Of a stretch of 64,000 nucleotides of DNA, positions 33,199-47,300 are shown piece by piece. Location: NCBI RefSeq assembly GCF_009914755.1, contig NC_060933.1, one strand, 5' to 3'. The notes beneath the pieces are model-generated. The model worked only from the letters and a program-made list of their open reading frames with translations, ran no database searches and was not told the origin of the DNA. Made by a program: the position numbers and the translations under genes. This stretch comes from the human T2T-CHM13v2.0 reference genome, Homo sapiens. Within the stretch, counting starts at the first letter, position 1; every line of letters starts with the position of its first letter.

Positions 33199-36100
33199 CA
33201 GTGTTCTGGAATCCCATGTGATGGGCAAACATTCAGACAATCGTAGCAGTGTTCTGGAATTCTATGTGATGCACAAACATTCGGAACCTCATCACAGAGT
33301 GCTGGAATTCTATGTGAGGTAGAAACATTCAAACCCTTGTAGCAGTGTTCTGGAATCCTGTGTGAGGGGTAAACATTCAGACCAAAGCAGGAGTGTTCTG
33401 GAAACCCCTGTGGGGAACAAACATTCATAACCTCATAGCAATGTTCTGGAATCCTATGTGATGAACAAACATTTAGACTCCAGCAGCGGTGTTCTGGAAT
33501 CCTATGTGAGGGAGAAACACTAAGAACACAGTACGAGTGTTTTGGAATCCTATGTGAGGGACAAACATTCATACCCTCTTAGCAGTGTTCTGGAATCCTA
33601 TGTGAGGGACAAACATTCAGACCACAGCAGGATTGTTCTGGAATCCTTTGTGAGGGACAAACACTCAGACTACAGCAAGAGTGTTTTGGATTCCTATGTG
33701 AGAGACAAACATTCAGAGCATCATAGCAGTGTTCTGGAATTCCTTATGAGGGACAAACTTTCACAACCTCATAGCAGTGTTCTGGAATCCTATGTGAGGG
33801 ACAAACATTCAGATCAAGTCAGGAGTGTTCTTGAATCCCCTGTGTGGAACAAACATTCAGACCCTCCTAGCAGCGTCCTGGAATCCTATGTGAAGGAAAA
33901 TCATTCAAACAAGGGCGGGAGTGTTCTGGAATCCTATGTTATGCACAAACATTCAGACCCTAGTCACAGTTTTCTGGAATTCTATGTGAGGGAGAAACAA
34001 TGAGTACCTAGCAGCAGTGTTCTGGAATGCTCTGTGACGGATAAACACTCAGAACCTAGCAGCAGTGTTCTGGAACCCTATGTGAGGGACAAACAATCAG
34101 ACCACAGCAGGATTGTTCTGGAATCCTATGTGAGGGAGAAACACTCAGAAAAAAGCATTAGTGTATTGCAATCCTATGGGAGGGACAACATTTAGACCCT
34201 TGTAGCAGAGTTCTGGAATCCAGTGTGAGGGACAAACATTCAGACCACTGCAGGATGGTTCAGGAATCCTATCTGAGGGACAAACATGCAGACCCTCACA
34301 GCAGTGTTCTGGAATCCTACATGAGGGATAAACATTCAGACCATCGTATTAGTGTTCTGGAATCCTGTGTGAGAGACAACCGTTCAGACCCAAGAAGAAG
34401 TGTTCTGCAATCCTATGTGAGAGACAAACATTCTAACAACAGCTGGAGTGTTCTGGAGTCCTATGTTACGGACAAACATTCAGACCCCTGTTGCAGTCTT
34501 CTGCAAATCTATGTGAGGTAGAAACACTCAAAACCCAGCAGTAGGGTTCTGGAATCGTATGTGAGGGACAATCACTCAGATCAAAGCAGGAGTGTTTTGG
34601 AATCTTATGTGAGGGACAAACATTAATATCCTCTTAGCAGTGTTCTGGAATCCTGTTTATGGACAAACATTCAGACCCTCGTCACCATGTTCTTTATTTC
34701 TACATGAGGGAGTAACACTCAGAACCCAGTGGCAGTGTCATGGAATCCTATGTGATGGACATACATGTAAACCCCTGCAGCAGTGTTCTGGAATCCTGTG
34801 TGAGGGACAAACATTCAGAAACCAGCAACAGTGTTAGGGAATCCTACGTAAGGGACAATCATTCAGACCCTCGTAGCAGTGATCTGGAATTCTGTTTGAG
34901 GGACAAAATTCAGAACCCAGTAGCAGTGTTCTGGAATCCTGTGTGAGGGACAAACATTCAGACACCAGCAGCAGAGTTCTGGAAACGTATGAGAGGGCCA
35001 ATCTTTCAGACACTCATAGCAGTGTTCTGGAATTCTTTGTTAGGGACAAACATTGAGACCTGCGTAGCATTGTTCTGGATTCCTTTGTGAGGGACAAACA
35101 TTCAGACCACAGCAGGAGTGTTCTGGAATCCACTGTGAAGAACAAACATTCAGAACCTCTTAGCAGTGTTCTGGAATCCTGTGATGGATAAATATTTATA
35201 TCTGACGAGCAGTGTTCTGAAATCCTAGGTGAGTGACATTCAGACAATCATAGCAGATTCTGGAATACTATGTATGGGACAAACATTCAGACACAAGTAG
35301 CAGTGTTCTGGAATGCTATGTGCAGGACAAACATTTAAACAACATCGAGAGTGTTACGGAATCCTATTTTACGGACGAACATTCAGACCCTCGTCGTACT
35401 GTTCTGGAATTCTATGTGAGGGAGAATCACTCATAACACTGCAGCAGTTCTCTGTAACCCTATGTATGGGACAAACCTTCAGAACACAGCAGGATTGTTC
35501 TGGAATCCTATGTGAGGGACAAACACTCAGAACACAGCAGGAGTGTTTTGGAATCCTACGTGGGAAACATACATTCAGACCCTCATAGCTGTGTTCTGGA
35601 ATCCTATGTGAAGGATAAATATTTATATTCGAGGAGCAGTGTTCTGAAATCCTAGGTGAGGGACAAACATTCAGAACCTAGCAGTGTTCTGGAATCCTAT
35701 GTGAGGGACAAACCTTCAGACAATCATAGCAGATTCTGGAATACTATGTGTGGGACAAACATTCAGACACCAGTAGCAGTGTTCTGGAATGCTATGTGTG
35801 GGACAAACATTTAAACAACATCGAGAGTGTTATGGAATCCTATTTTATGGACGAACATTCAGACCCTCGTCATAGTGTTCTGGAATTCTATGTGAGGGAG
35901 AATCACTCATAACACTGCAGCAGTGTTCTGGAACCCTATGTATGGGACAAACCTTCAGAACACAGCAGGATTGTTCTGGAATCCTATGTGAGGGACAAAC
36001 ACTCAGAACACAGCAGGAGTGTTTTGGAATCCTATGTGGGGGACAAACATTCAGACCCTCATAGCAGTGCTCAGGAATCCTATGTGAGGGACAAACATAC

Positions 36101-39100
36101 AGACCACAGCAGGATTGTTCTGGAATCCTATGTGACGGACAAACATTCAGACCCTCGTTGCAGTGTTCCGGAATCCTATGTGAGCAACAAACAGTCAGAC
36201 AATCGTGGTAGTGTTCTGGAATCCTAAGTGAGGGACAAACATTCAGACCCCAGCAGCAGTGTTCTGGAATCCTATGTGAGGGAGAAACACTCAGAATACA
36301 GCAGGAATATTTGGCATCCTATGAGACGGACAATCATTGAGAACCTCATAGCAGTGTTCTGGAATCCTATGTGAGGGAGAAACATTCAGAACACAGCAGG
36401 AGGGTTTTGGGACCCTATGTGAGGAATGAACATTCTCACCACAGCAGGATTGTTCTGGAATCCTATGTGAGGGACAAACACTCAGAACACAGCAGGAATA
36501 TTTTGGAATCCTATGTGAGGGACAAACATTCATACCCTCTTAGCAGTGTTCAGTAATCCTATGTGAGGGACAAACATTCAGACCACAGCAGGAGTGTTCT
36601 GGAATCCTATGTGAGGGACAAACATTCAGACACTCTCAGCAGTGTTCTGGAATCCTATACGAGTTATGAACATTCAAACAACAGCGGGAGTGTTCTGCAA
36701 TCCTATGTTACGGACAAACATTCTGACCCTCGTCACAGTTTTCTGGAATTCTGTATGAGGGAGAAGCACTCAGAAACCAGCAGCAGTTTTCTGGAATCCT
36801 ATGTGAGGGACAAACATTCAGACTCCAGCAGCAGTGTTCTGGAATGCTATGTGAGGGAAAATCATTCAGACCCTCATAGCGGTGTTCTGGAATTCTGTGT
36901 GAGGGACAAAAATTCAGAGCCTCATAGGAGTGTTCTGGACTCCTGTGTGAGGGACAAATATTCACAACACAACAGGAGTGTTCTGGAATCCCCTGTAAGG
37001 AATAAACATTCAGAGCCTCGTGGCAGTGTTCTGGAGTCCTATGTGAGGGACAAACACTCAGACCCCAGTAGCAGTGTTCTGGAGTCCTATGTGAGGGACA
37101 AACGTTCAAACAACAGTGAGAGTGTTCCGGAATGCTATGTTACGGAGAAACATTCAGACTCTTGTTGCAGTGTTCTGGAGTTCTATGTGAGGGAGATACA
37201 TTCAGAACCCAGCAGCAGGGATCTGGAACCCCATGTGACGGCCATACATGTAGACCCCAGCAGCAGTGTTCTGGAATCCTATGTGAGGGACAAACATTCA
37301 GACCCCAGCAGCAGTGTTTTGGAATCCTATGTGTGTGTGACAAATATTCAGACCCTTGTAGCAGTGTTCCAGAATCCTATGTGAGGGACAAACACTGAGA
37401 ATCTAGCAGCAGTGTTCTGCAACCCTATATGAGGGACAGACATTCAGACCACAACAGGAGTGTTCTGGAATCCTATATGAGGGACAAACATTCAGACAAT
37501 CGTAGCAGTGTTCTGGAATCCTATGTGAGGGACAAACATTCAGACAATCGTAGCAGTGTTCTAGAGTCCTAAGTGAGGGAAGAACATTCAGACCCTCGTA
37601 TCACTGTTCTGGATCCTAAGTGAGGGACAAACATTCAGACCACAGCAGAGTGTTCTGGAATCCACAGTGAGGGACAAACTTTCAGACCCTCGTGGCAGTG
37701 TTCTGGAATCCTATGGAGTGGCAAACATTCAGACAATTGTAGCAGGGTTCTGGAATCCTGTGTGACGAAAAAACCTTCAGACTCAAGCAGCAGTGTTCTG
37801 GAATCCTATGTGAGGGACAAACATTCAAACAACAGCAGGAGTCTTCTGGAATCCTATGTTACGGACAAATATTCAGACCCTCGTCGCAGTCTTCTGGAAT
37901 TCTATGTGAGGGAGGAACACTCAGAATCCTGCAGCATTGTTCTGGAATCCCATGTGACGGACATACATGTAGACCCCTGCAGCCGTGTTCTGGAATCCTA
38001 TGTGAGGGACAAATATTCAGAACCCAGCAGCAGTGTTCTGGAGTCCCATGTGAGGGACAATCATTCAGACCATCGTAGCACTGTTCTGGAATTCTGTGTG
38101 AGGGACAAACATTCACACTCTCGTAGCAGTGTTCTGGAATCCTAAGTGACGGACAAGCATTTAGACCTCAGCAGAAGTATTCTGGAATCCTATGTAAGTT
38201 ACAAACATTGAAACAACAACGGGAGTGTTCTGGAATCCTTTATTGCAAACAAACTTTCAGACCCTCGTCGCAGTGCTCTGGAGTTCTATGTGAGGGAGAA
38301 AGACTCAGAACCCAGCAGCAGTGCTCTGGAATCCTATGTGACAGACACACATGTATACCCCAGCAGCAGTGTTCTGGAATCCTATGTGAGGGACAAACAT
38401 TCAAACAACAGTGGGAGTGTTCTGGAATCCTATGTTACAGACAAACATTCAGGCTCTCATCACAGTGTTCTAGAATGCTATGTGAGGGAGAAACACCCAG
38501 AACCCAGCAGCAGTGTTCTGAAATCCTATGTGACAGACATACATGAAGACCCCAGAAGCAGTGCTGTGGAACGCTATGTGAGGAATATTCATTCAGACCC
38601 CAGCAGCAGTGTTCTGGAATACTGTGTGAGGGACAATCATTGAGAACCTCGTATCAGTGTTCTGGAATTCTGTGTGAGGGACAAACTTTCAGACCACAGC
38701 AGGAGTGTTCTGGAATCCTATGTGATGGACAAACACTCAGAAGACAGCTGGACTATTTTGCAATCCTATGTGAGGGACAATCATTCAGACCCTCGTAGCA
38801 GTGTTCTGGAGTCCTGTGTGAGGAACAAGCATTCAGACCACAGCAGGAGTATTCTGGAATCCCCTCTGAAGAACAAACATTCAGGCTATCGTAGCAGTGT
38901 TCTGGAATCCTGTGTGACTGACAAACATTGAGACCCCAGCAGCAGTGTTCTGGAGTGTTATGTGAGGGACAAACATTCAGACACTAGTAGCAGTGTTCTG
39001 GAATCCTGTGTGAGGGACAAACACTCAGAACCCAGCAGCATTTTTCTGGGTCCCTATATGAGGGACAAACACTCGGAACACAGCTTCAATGTTTTGCAAT

Positions 39101-42100
39101 CCTATGTGAGGGACAAACATTCAGACCCTCGTAGAAGTGTTCTGGAATCCTATGTGAGGGACAAACTTTCCGACAATTATAACAGTGTTCTGCAATCCTA
39201 CTTTAAGGACAAATATGCAGACCCTCGTAGCAGTGTTCTGGAATCCTATGTGAGGGACACACATTCAGACAATCGTAGCAGTTTTCTGGAATCCTATGTG
39301 AGGGACAAACATTCAGACCCCAACACAAGTGTTCTGCAATCCTACGTTAAGGACAAATATTCAGACCCTCGTAGCAGTGTTCTGGAATCCTATGTGAGGG
39401 ACACACATTCAGACAATCGTAGCAGTTTTCTGGAATCCTATGTAAGGGAAAAACATTGAATCAACAGCGGGAGTGTTCTGGAATCCTATGTTATGGACAA
39501 ACATTCAGACGCTCATTGCAGTGTTCTGGAATTGTATGTGAGGGAGGAACACTCAGAACCCAGCAGCAGTTTTCTGGAATCCTATATGATGGACATACAT
39601 GTAGACCCCAGCAGCAGTGTTCTGGAATCCCATGTGAGGGACAAATATTCAGACCTTCGTCGAATTGTCTGGAATCCTATGAGAAGGACAAACACTCGGA
39701 AACCAGCAGCAGCATTCAGGAACCCTATGTGAGGGACAAACATTCAGACAACAGCAGGATTGTTCTGGACTCCGATGTGAGGGATATACACTCAGAAAAC
39801 AGCAGGAGTGTTTTGGAATCCTATGTGAGGGACAAACATTCAGATCGTCGTAGCAGTGTCCTGGAATTCTTCATGAGGGATAAACATTCAGACCCCCATA
39901 GCAGTGTTCTGGAATCCTATGTGAGGGACAATCATTCAGACCACAGCAGGAGTGTTCTGGAATCTCCTGTGAGGAACAGACATTCAGACCCCTAACAGTG
40001 TTCTGAAATCCTATGTGATGGACAAACATTTAGACGCCAGCAGTGCTCTGGAATGCAATGTGAGGGACAAACATTGAGACCCTCGTAGCAGTGTTCTGGT
40101 ATCCTATCTGAGAGACCAACTCTCAGAAACAAGCAGCGGTGTTCTGGAAAATTATGTAAGGGACAAAGATTCAGGCCAAAGCAGGTACGCTCTGGAATTC
40201 TATGTGAGGAACGAACTCTCAGAATACTGCAGGAGTGTTTTAGTATCCTATGTGAGGGACAAACATTCAGACCCTCGTAACAGTGTTCTGGAATCCCATG
40301 TGATTGACAAACATTCAGACCACAGCAGGAGTATTCTGGAATCCCCTGTGAGGATCCAACATTCAGACCCCCATACCAGTGTTCTGGAATCCTATGTGAG
40401 GGACAAACATTTAGACCCCAGCAGCAATGTTCTGGAATCCTATGTGAGGAACAAACATTCAGACCCTCGAAGCAGTGTTCTGGAATCCAACGTGTGGGAT
40501 AAACATTCAGACAATAGTAGCAGTGTTCTGTAATCCAATGTGAGGGACAAACATTCAGACCCTCGTCGGAATGTTTTGAAATCCTATGTGAGGGACAAAC
40601 ATTGAGACAATCGTAGCAGTATTCAGGAATCCTATGTGAGGTACAAATTTTTAGACCACAGAAGTGTTCTGCAATCCTATTTGAGGGACAAACATTCAAA
40701 CAACAGAGGGAATCTTCTGGAATCCTATGTTACAGACCAACAGTCAAACCCTCGTCGCAGTGTTCTGGAATTCTATGTGAGAGAGAAACACGTAGAACCC
40801 ATCAGCTGTGTTCTGGAATCCTGTGTGAGGGACATACATGTAGACACTAGCAGCAGTGTTCTGGAATCCTATGTGAGGGACAAACATTCAGAACCAAGCA
40901 GCAGTGTTCTGGAACTCTGTATGAGGGACAAACATTCAGAACACGGCAGGATTGTTCTGCAATCCTATGTGAGGGAGAAACCCTCAGAAAACCATAGGAA
41001 TGTTTTGGAATCCTACGTGAGGGCCAAACAATCAAACCCTCGTAGCTGTGTTCCAGAATCCTATGTGAGGGGCAAACACTGAGACAATCGTAGCAGTTTT
41101 CTGGAATCCTTTGTGAGGGACAAACATTCATTCCCTCATAGCAGTGTTTGGGAATCCTGTATGAAGGACAAACATTCAGACCACACAGTTCTGGAATCCC
41201 CACTGTGGGAAAAACATTCAGACCCTCCTAGCAGTGTTCTGGAATCCTATGTGATGGACAAAGATTTAGACCACAGCAGCAGGGTTCTGAAATCCTATGT
41301 GAGGAACAAACATTCAGATCCTCGAAGCAGAGTTCTGGAATCCTATGTAAGGTACAAACATTCAGACAATAGCAGCAGTGTTATGGAATTCTATGTGAGG
41401 AACAAACGTTCAGACCCACATAGCAACGTTTTAGATTCCTATGTGAGGGACCGACATTCAGACAATCAAAGCAGTGTTCTGGAATCATATGTGAGGGACA
41501 AACATTCGGACACCAGCAGCAGTGTTCTGGAATCCTATGTGAGGGACAAACATACAAACAAGAGCGAGAGTGTTCTGGAATCCTATGTTGCGGACAAACA
41601 TTCAGACGCTCGTCACAATGTTCTGGAATTCTATGTGAGGGAGAAACAGTCAGAACCCAATAGCAGTGTTCTGGAATCCTATGTGACGGACATACATGTA
41701 GACCCCAGCAGCAGTGTTTTGGAATCCTATGTGAGGGACAGTCATTCAGACCCTCGTAGCAGTGTTCTGGAATTCTGTGTCAAGCACAAACTTTCAGACC
41801 CTCATAGCAGTGTTCTGGAATCCTATGTGAGGGACAATCATCCAGGCCATAGCAGGAGTGTTCTGGAATCCCCTGTGAGGAATAAACGTTCAGACAGTCG
41901 TAGCAGTGTTCTGGAATGCTATGTGAGGGACAAACATTCAGACAATCGTAGCAGTGTTCCGTAATCCTATGTGAGGGACAAACATTCAAACAACAGCGGG
42001 ATTGTTCAGGAATCCTATGTTATGAACAAACATTCTAGACCCTCATCGCAGTGTTCTGGAATTCTATGTGAGCGAGAAACACTCAGAACCCAAAAGCAGT

Positions 42101-44396
42101 GTTCTGGAATCCTATGTGAGGGACAAACATTACGACCCCAGCGACAGTGTTCTGGAATCCTATGTGAGGGCCAATCATTCAGACACTCGTGCCAGTGTTC
42201 TGGAATTCTGTGTGAGGGACAAACATTCTGACTCCTGTAGCAGTGTTCTGTAGTACTGTGTGAGGGAAAAACATTGAGACCACAGCAGGAGTGTTCTGGA
42301 ATTCCCTGTGAGGAACAGACATTCAGACCCTCTTAGGAGGGTTCTGGAATCCGGTGTGATGGGCAAAATTCTAGACCCTAGCAGCAGTGTTCTGGGATCC
42401 TATGTGAGGGTCAAACATTCAGACCCTTGTAGCAGTGTTCTGGAATCCTATGTGAGGGAGAAACACTCAGAACCCAGCAGCAGTGTTCTGAAACCCTATG
42501 TGAGAGACAAACATTCTGACAACAGGAGGATAGTTCTGGAATCCTAGGTGAGGGACAAACACTCAGAAAACAACAGGAGTGTTTTGGAATCCTAAATGAG
42601 GGACAGTCATTCAGATCGTCATAGCAGTGTTCTGGAATTTTGTGTGAGGGACAAACATTCACACCCCAGCAGAAGTGTTGTGGAATTCTAAATGAGGGAC
42701 AAACATTCAGACCCTCATAGCAATGCTCTGGAATAGTGTGTGATGGAGAAACTTTTAGACCCCAGCAGCAGTGTTCTGTAATCCTTTGTAAGAGAAAAAC
42801 AATCAGACCCTCATAGGTGTGTTCTGGAATCCCATGTGATGGACAACCACTCAGAACCCAGCAGCAGTATTCTGTAACTATATGTGAGGGGCAAACATTC
42901 AGAACACAGCAGGATTGTTCTGTAATCCCATGTGAGGGACAATCATTCAGACCCTCGTGGCTGTGTTCTGGAATCCTAAGTGAGGGACAAACATTCAGAC
43001 AATCATAGCAGTGTTCTGGAATCCCATGTGAGGGAAAAACATTCAGACCCTCCCAGCAGTGTTCTGGAATCCTATGTGAGGGACAAACATTCAGACAAAC
43101 GTAGCAGTGTTCTGGAAACCTATGTAAGGGAAAAACATTCAAACAACACCGAGATTGTTCTGGAATCCTATGTTACGGACAACCATTAATAATCTCTTCA
43201 CAGTGTTATGGAATTCTACGTGAGGGAGAAACACACAGAACCCAGCAGCAGTGTTCCAGAAACCTATGTGAGGGACTCACATTCAGACCACGGCAGGATT
43301 GTTCTGGAATCCTATGTGAGGGACAAACACTCGGAACACAGCAGGAGTGTTTTGGATTCCTATGTGCGGAACAAACATTCAGAACCTCGTGACAGTGTTC
43401 GTGAATCCTATAGGAGGAACTAACATTCAGAACACAGCAGGAGTGTTCTGGAATCCTATGTGAAGAACAAACATTCAGACCCCCGTAGCAATGTTTTGGA
43501 ATCCTATGTGAAGGACAAACATTCAGACGATCGTAGCAGTGTTCTGGAATCCAATGTGAGGGACAAACATTTAAGCTACGGGGAGGGGGCGTTCTGGAAT
43601 CCTATGTTACGGACAAACATTCAGAACCTCGTCGCAGTGTTCTTGAATTCTATGTCAGGGAAAAACAGTCAGAACCCAGCAGCAGTGTTTTGGAATCCTA
43701 TGTGACAGACACACATGTAGACCCCAGCAACAGTGTTCTAGGATCCTATGTGAGGGAAAAACATTCAGACCCCAGCAGCAGTGTCCTCGAATCCCATGTG
43801 AGGGACAATCATTCAGACCCTCGTAGCAGTGTTCTGGAATTCTGTGTGAGGGACAATCATTCGACTGTCATAGCAGTGTTCTGGAATCCTAAGTGTAGGA
43901 CAAACATTCAGACAATCGTAGCAGTGTTCTGGAATCCTAAGTGTAGGACAAACATTCAGACAATCGTAGCAGTGATCTGGAAATCTATGTGAGGAACAAA
44001 CATTCACACACTCTTAGGAGGGTTCTAGAATCCTATGTGAGGGACAAACATTCAGACAATAGTAGCAGTGTTCTGGAATCCTCTGTGAGTGACAAACATT
44101 CAGAATCCAGCAGCAGTGTTCTGGAATCCAATGTGAGGGACAAACATTTAAACAACAGGCGGGGGGTTCTGGAATCCTATGTTACGGACAAACATTCAGA
44201 ACCTCGTCGCAGTGCTATGGAATTCTATGAGAGGGAGAAACAGTCAGAACCCAGCAGCAGTGTTTTGGAATCCCACGTGACGGACATACATATAGACCCC
44301 AGCAGCAGTGTTCTGGGATCCTATGTGAGGGACAAACATTCAGACCCCAGCAGCAGTGTTCACCAATCCTATGTGAGGGACAATCATTCAGACCCC
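33199..44396. repeat. CER 48-bp satellite, block 2 (same orientation as block 1)
   Basis: The same 48-bp unit resumes immediately after the L1 5' end. Confidence 0.93.
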
Positions 44397-47300
44397 AAGG
44401 GCCCCAAATATCCACTTGCAGATTCTACTAAAAGAGTGTTTCCAAACTGCTCAATCAAAAGAAAGGTTCAACTCTGTCAGATGAATGCACACATCACGAA
44501 GAATTTTCTCAGATTGCTTCAGTCTAGATTTTATGTGAAGATATTTCCTTTTCTACCATAGGCAGCAAAGTGCTCTAAATGTCCACTTGCAGATTCTACA
44601 AACAGAAGCTTTCTAAACTTCTCAAGCAAAAGAAAAGTTTAACTCTGTGAGATGAATGCACACATCACAAAGAAGTTTCTCAGATTGCTTCTGTCTAGAT
44701 TTTATGTGAATATATTTCCTTTTCTACCACAGGAGGCAAAGCGCTCCAAGTGTCCACTTGCAGATTCCACAAAAAGAGAGTTTCCAAACTGCTCAATAAA
44801 AGAAAGGTTCAACTCTGTGAGATGAACTCACACATCACAAGAAGTTTCTCAGAATTCTTCTGTCTAGTTTTTATGGGAAGGTATTTCCTTTTAGAGCTTA
44901 GGCCTCAAAGCGCTCCATATGTCCACTTGCAGTTTCTACGAAAAGAGAGTTTCAAAACTACTCAATCAAAAGAAAGTTTTAACACCGTGAGATGAATACA
45001 CACATCACAAAGAAGTTTCTCAGGTTGCTTCTCTCTAGATTTTATGTGAAGACAATTCCTTTTCTACCATAGGCCGCAAAGCGCTTCAAATGTTCACTTG
45101 CAGATTCTACAAAAAGAGTGTTTCCAAACTGCTCAATCAAAAGAAAAGTTCAACTCTGTGAGATGAATGCACACATAACAAAGAAGTTTCTCAGATTGCT
45201 TCTGTCCAGTTTTTATCTGAAGATATTTCCTTGCCACCATAGGCCTCAAAGGCTAAAAATGTCCACGTGCAGATTCTACAAAAAGAGTTTCAAAACTGCT
45301 CAATCAAAAGAAAGGTTTAACACTGTGAGATGAATGCACACATCACAAAGAAGTTTCTCAGAATTATTCTGTCTAGTTTTTATGTGAAGATATTTCATTT
45401 TCCACCATAGGCCTCGAAGCGTTCCAAATGTACTCTTGCAGATTCTGCAAAAAGAGAGTTTCAAAACTGCTCAATCAAAAGAAACGTTCAACTCTGTGAG
45501 ATGAATGCACACATCACACAGAAATTTCTCAGATTCCTTCTGTCTAGATTTTATGTGAAGATATTTCCTGTTCTTCCATAGACCACAAAGCCCTCTAAAT
45601 GTCCACTTGCATATTCGACAAAAATAGTGGTTGCAAACTGCTTAATCAAAAGAAAGGTTCAACTGTGTGAGATTAATGCACGCATCACAAAGAACTTTCT
45701 CAGAATTCTTCTGTCCAGTTTTTATGTGAAGATATTTCCTTTCCACCATAGGCCTCAAAGCGCTAAAAATGTCCACTTGCAGATTCTACAAAAAGGGTTT
45801 TGAAACTGCTCAATCAAAAGAAAGGTTTAACTCTGTGACATGAGTTCACACATCACAAAGAAATTTCTCAGAATTTTTCTGTCTAGTTTTTATGTGAAGA
45901 TATTTCCTTTTCCACCATAGGCCTCGAAGCGTTCCAAATGTACTCTTGTAGATTGTACAAAAAGAGTTTCAAAGCTGTTCAATCAAAAGAAAGGTTTAAC
46001 TCTGTGAGATGAATGCACACATCGCAAAGAAGTTTCTCAGATTGCTTCTGTCTACATTTTATATGAAGATATATCCTTTTCTACCGTAGGCCTCAAAGTG
46101 CACCAAATGTCCACTTGCAGTTTCTACAAAAAGAGTGTTTCCAAACTGCTCAATCAAAAGAAAAGTTGAACTCTGTGAGATGAATGCACACATCACAGGG
46201 AAGTTTCTCAGATTGTTTCTGTCTAGATTTTATGTGAAGATATTTCCTTTTCTACCGTAGGCTGCAAAGCGCTCCAAATGTCCACTTGTAGATTCAACAA
46301 AAAGAGTGTTTCCAAACTGCTCAATCAAAAGTCATGTTCAACTCTGATCAATGAATGCACGCATCACAAAAAAAGTTTCTCCAAATTCTTCAGTCTAGTT
46401 TTTGTGTGATGATATTTCCTTTTTAATCATAAGACTCAAAGCACTCCAAATGTCCACTACCACATTCTACAAAAAGAGAGTTTCAAAACTGCTCAATCAA
46501 GATAAAGTTTTAACTCTATGAGATGAATGCACACATCACAAAGAAGTTTCTCAGGTTGCTTCTGTGCAGATTTTATGTGAAGATATTTCCTTTTCTACCA
46601 CAGGCCGCAACGTGCTCCAAATATCTACCTGCAGATTCTACAAAAAGAGTGTTTCCAAATTGCTCAATCAAAAGAAATGTGGAACTCTGTGAGACGAATG
46701 CATGCATCACAAAGAAGTTTCTCAGATTGCTTCTGTCTAGATTCTATGTGAAGATATTTCCTTTTCTAGCAAAGGCTGCAAAGCACTCCAAATGTCCACT
46801 TGCAGATTTTACAAAAAGAGTGTTTTCAAACTGCTCAATCAAAAGAAAGGCTCAAGTCTGTGAGATGAATGCACACATCACAAAGAAGTTTCACAGATTG
46901 CTTCTTTCTAGATTTTATGTGAAGATATTTCCTTTTCTACTATAGGCTGCAAAGCGTTCCAAATATCCACTTGCAGATTCTACAAACAGAGGCTTTCCAA
47001 ACTGCTCAATAAAAAGAAAAGTTTAACTCTGTGAGATGAATGCACAAATCACAAAGAAGTTTCTCAGAATTCTTCTGTCCAGTTTTTATGTGAAGATATT
47101 TCCTTTTCCACCATAGGCCTCAAAGCGCTCCAAATGTCCACTTGCAGTTTCTACAAAAAGAGAGTTTCAAAACTGCTCAATCAAAAGAAAGGTTTAACTC
47201 TATGAGATGAATGCACACATCATAAAGAAGTTTCTCAGATTGCTTCTGTCTAGATGTGATATGAAGATATTTCCCTTTCTACAACAGGCCGCAAAGCACT

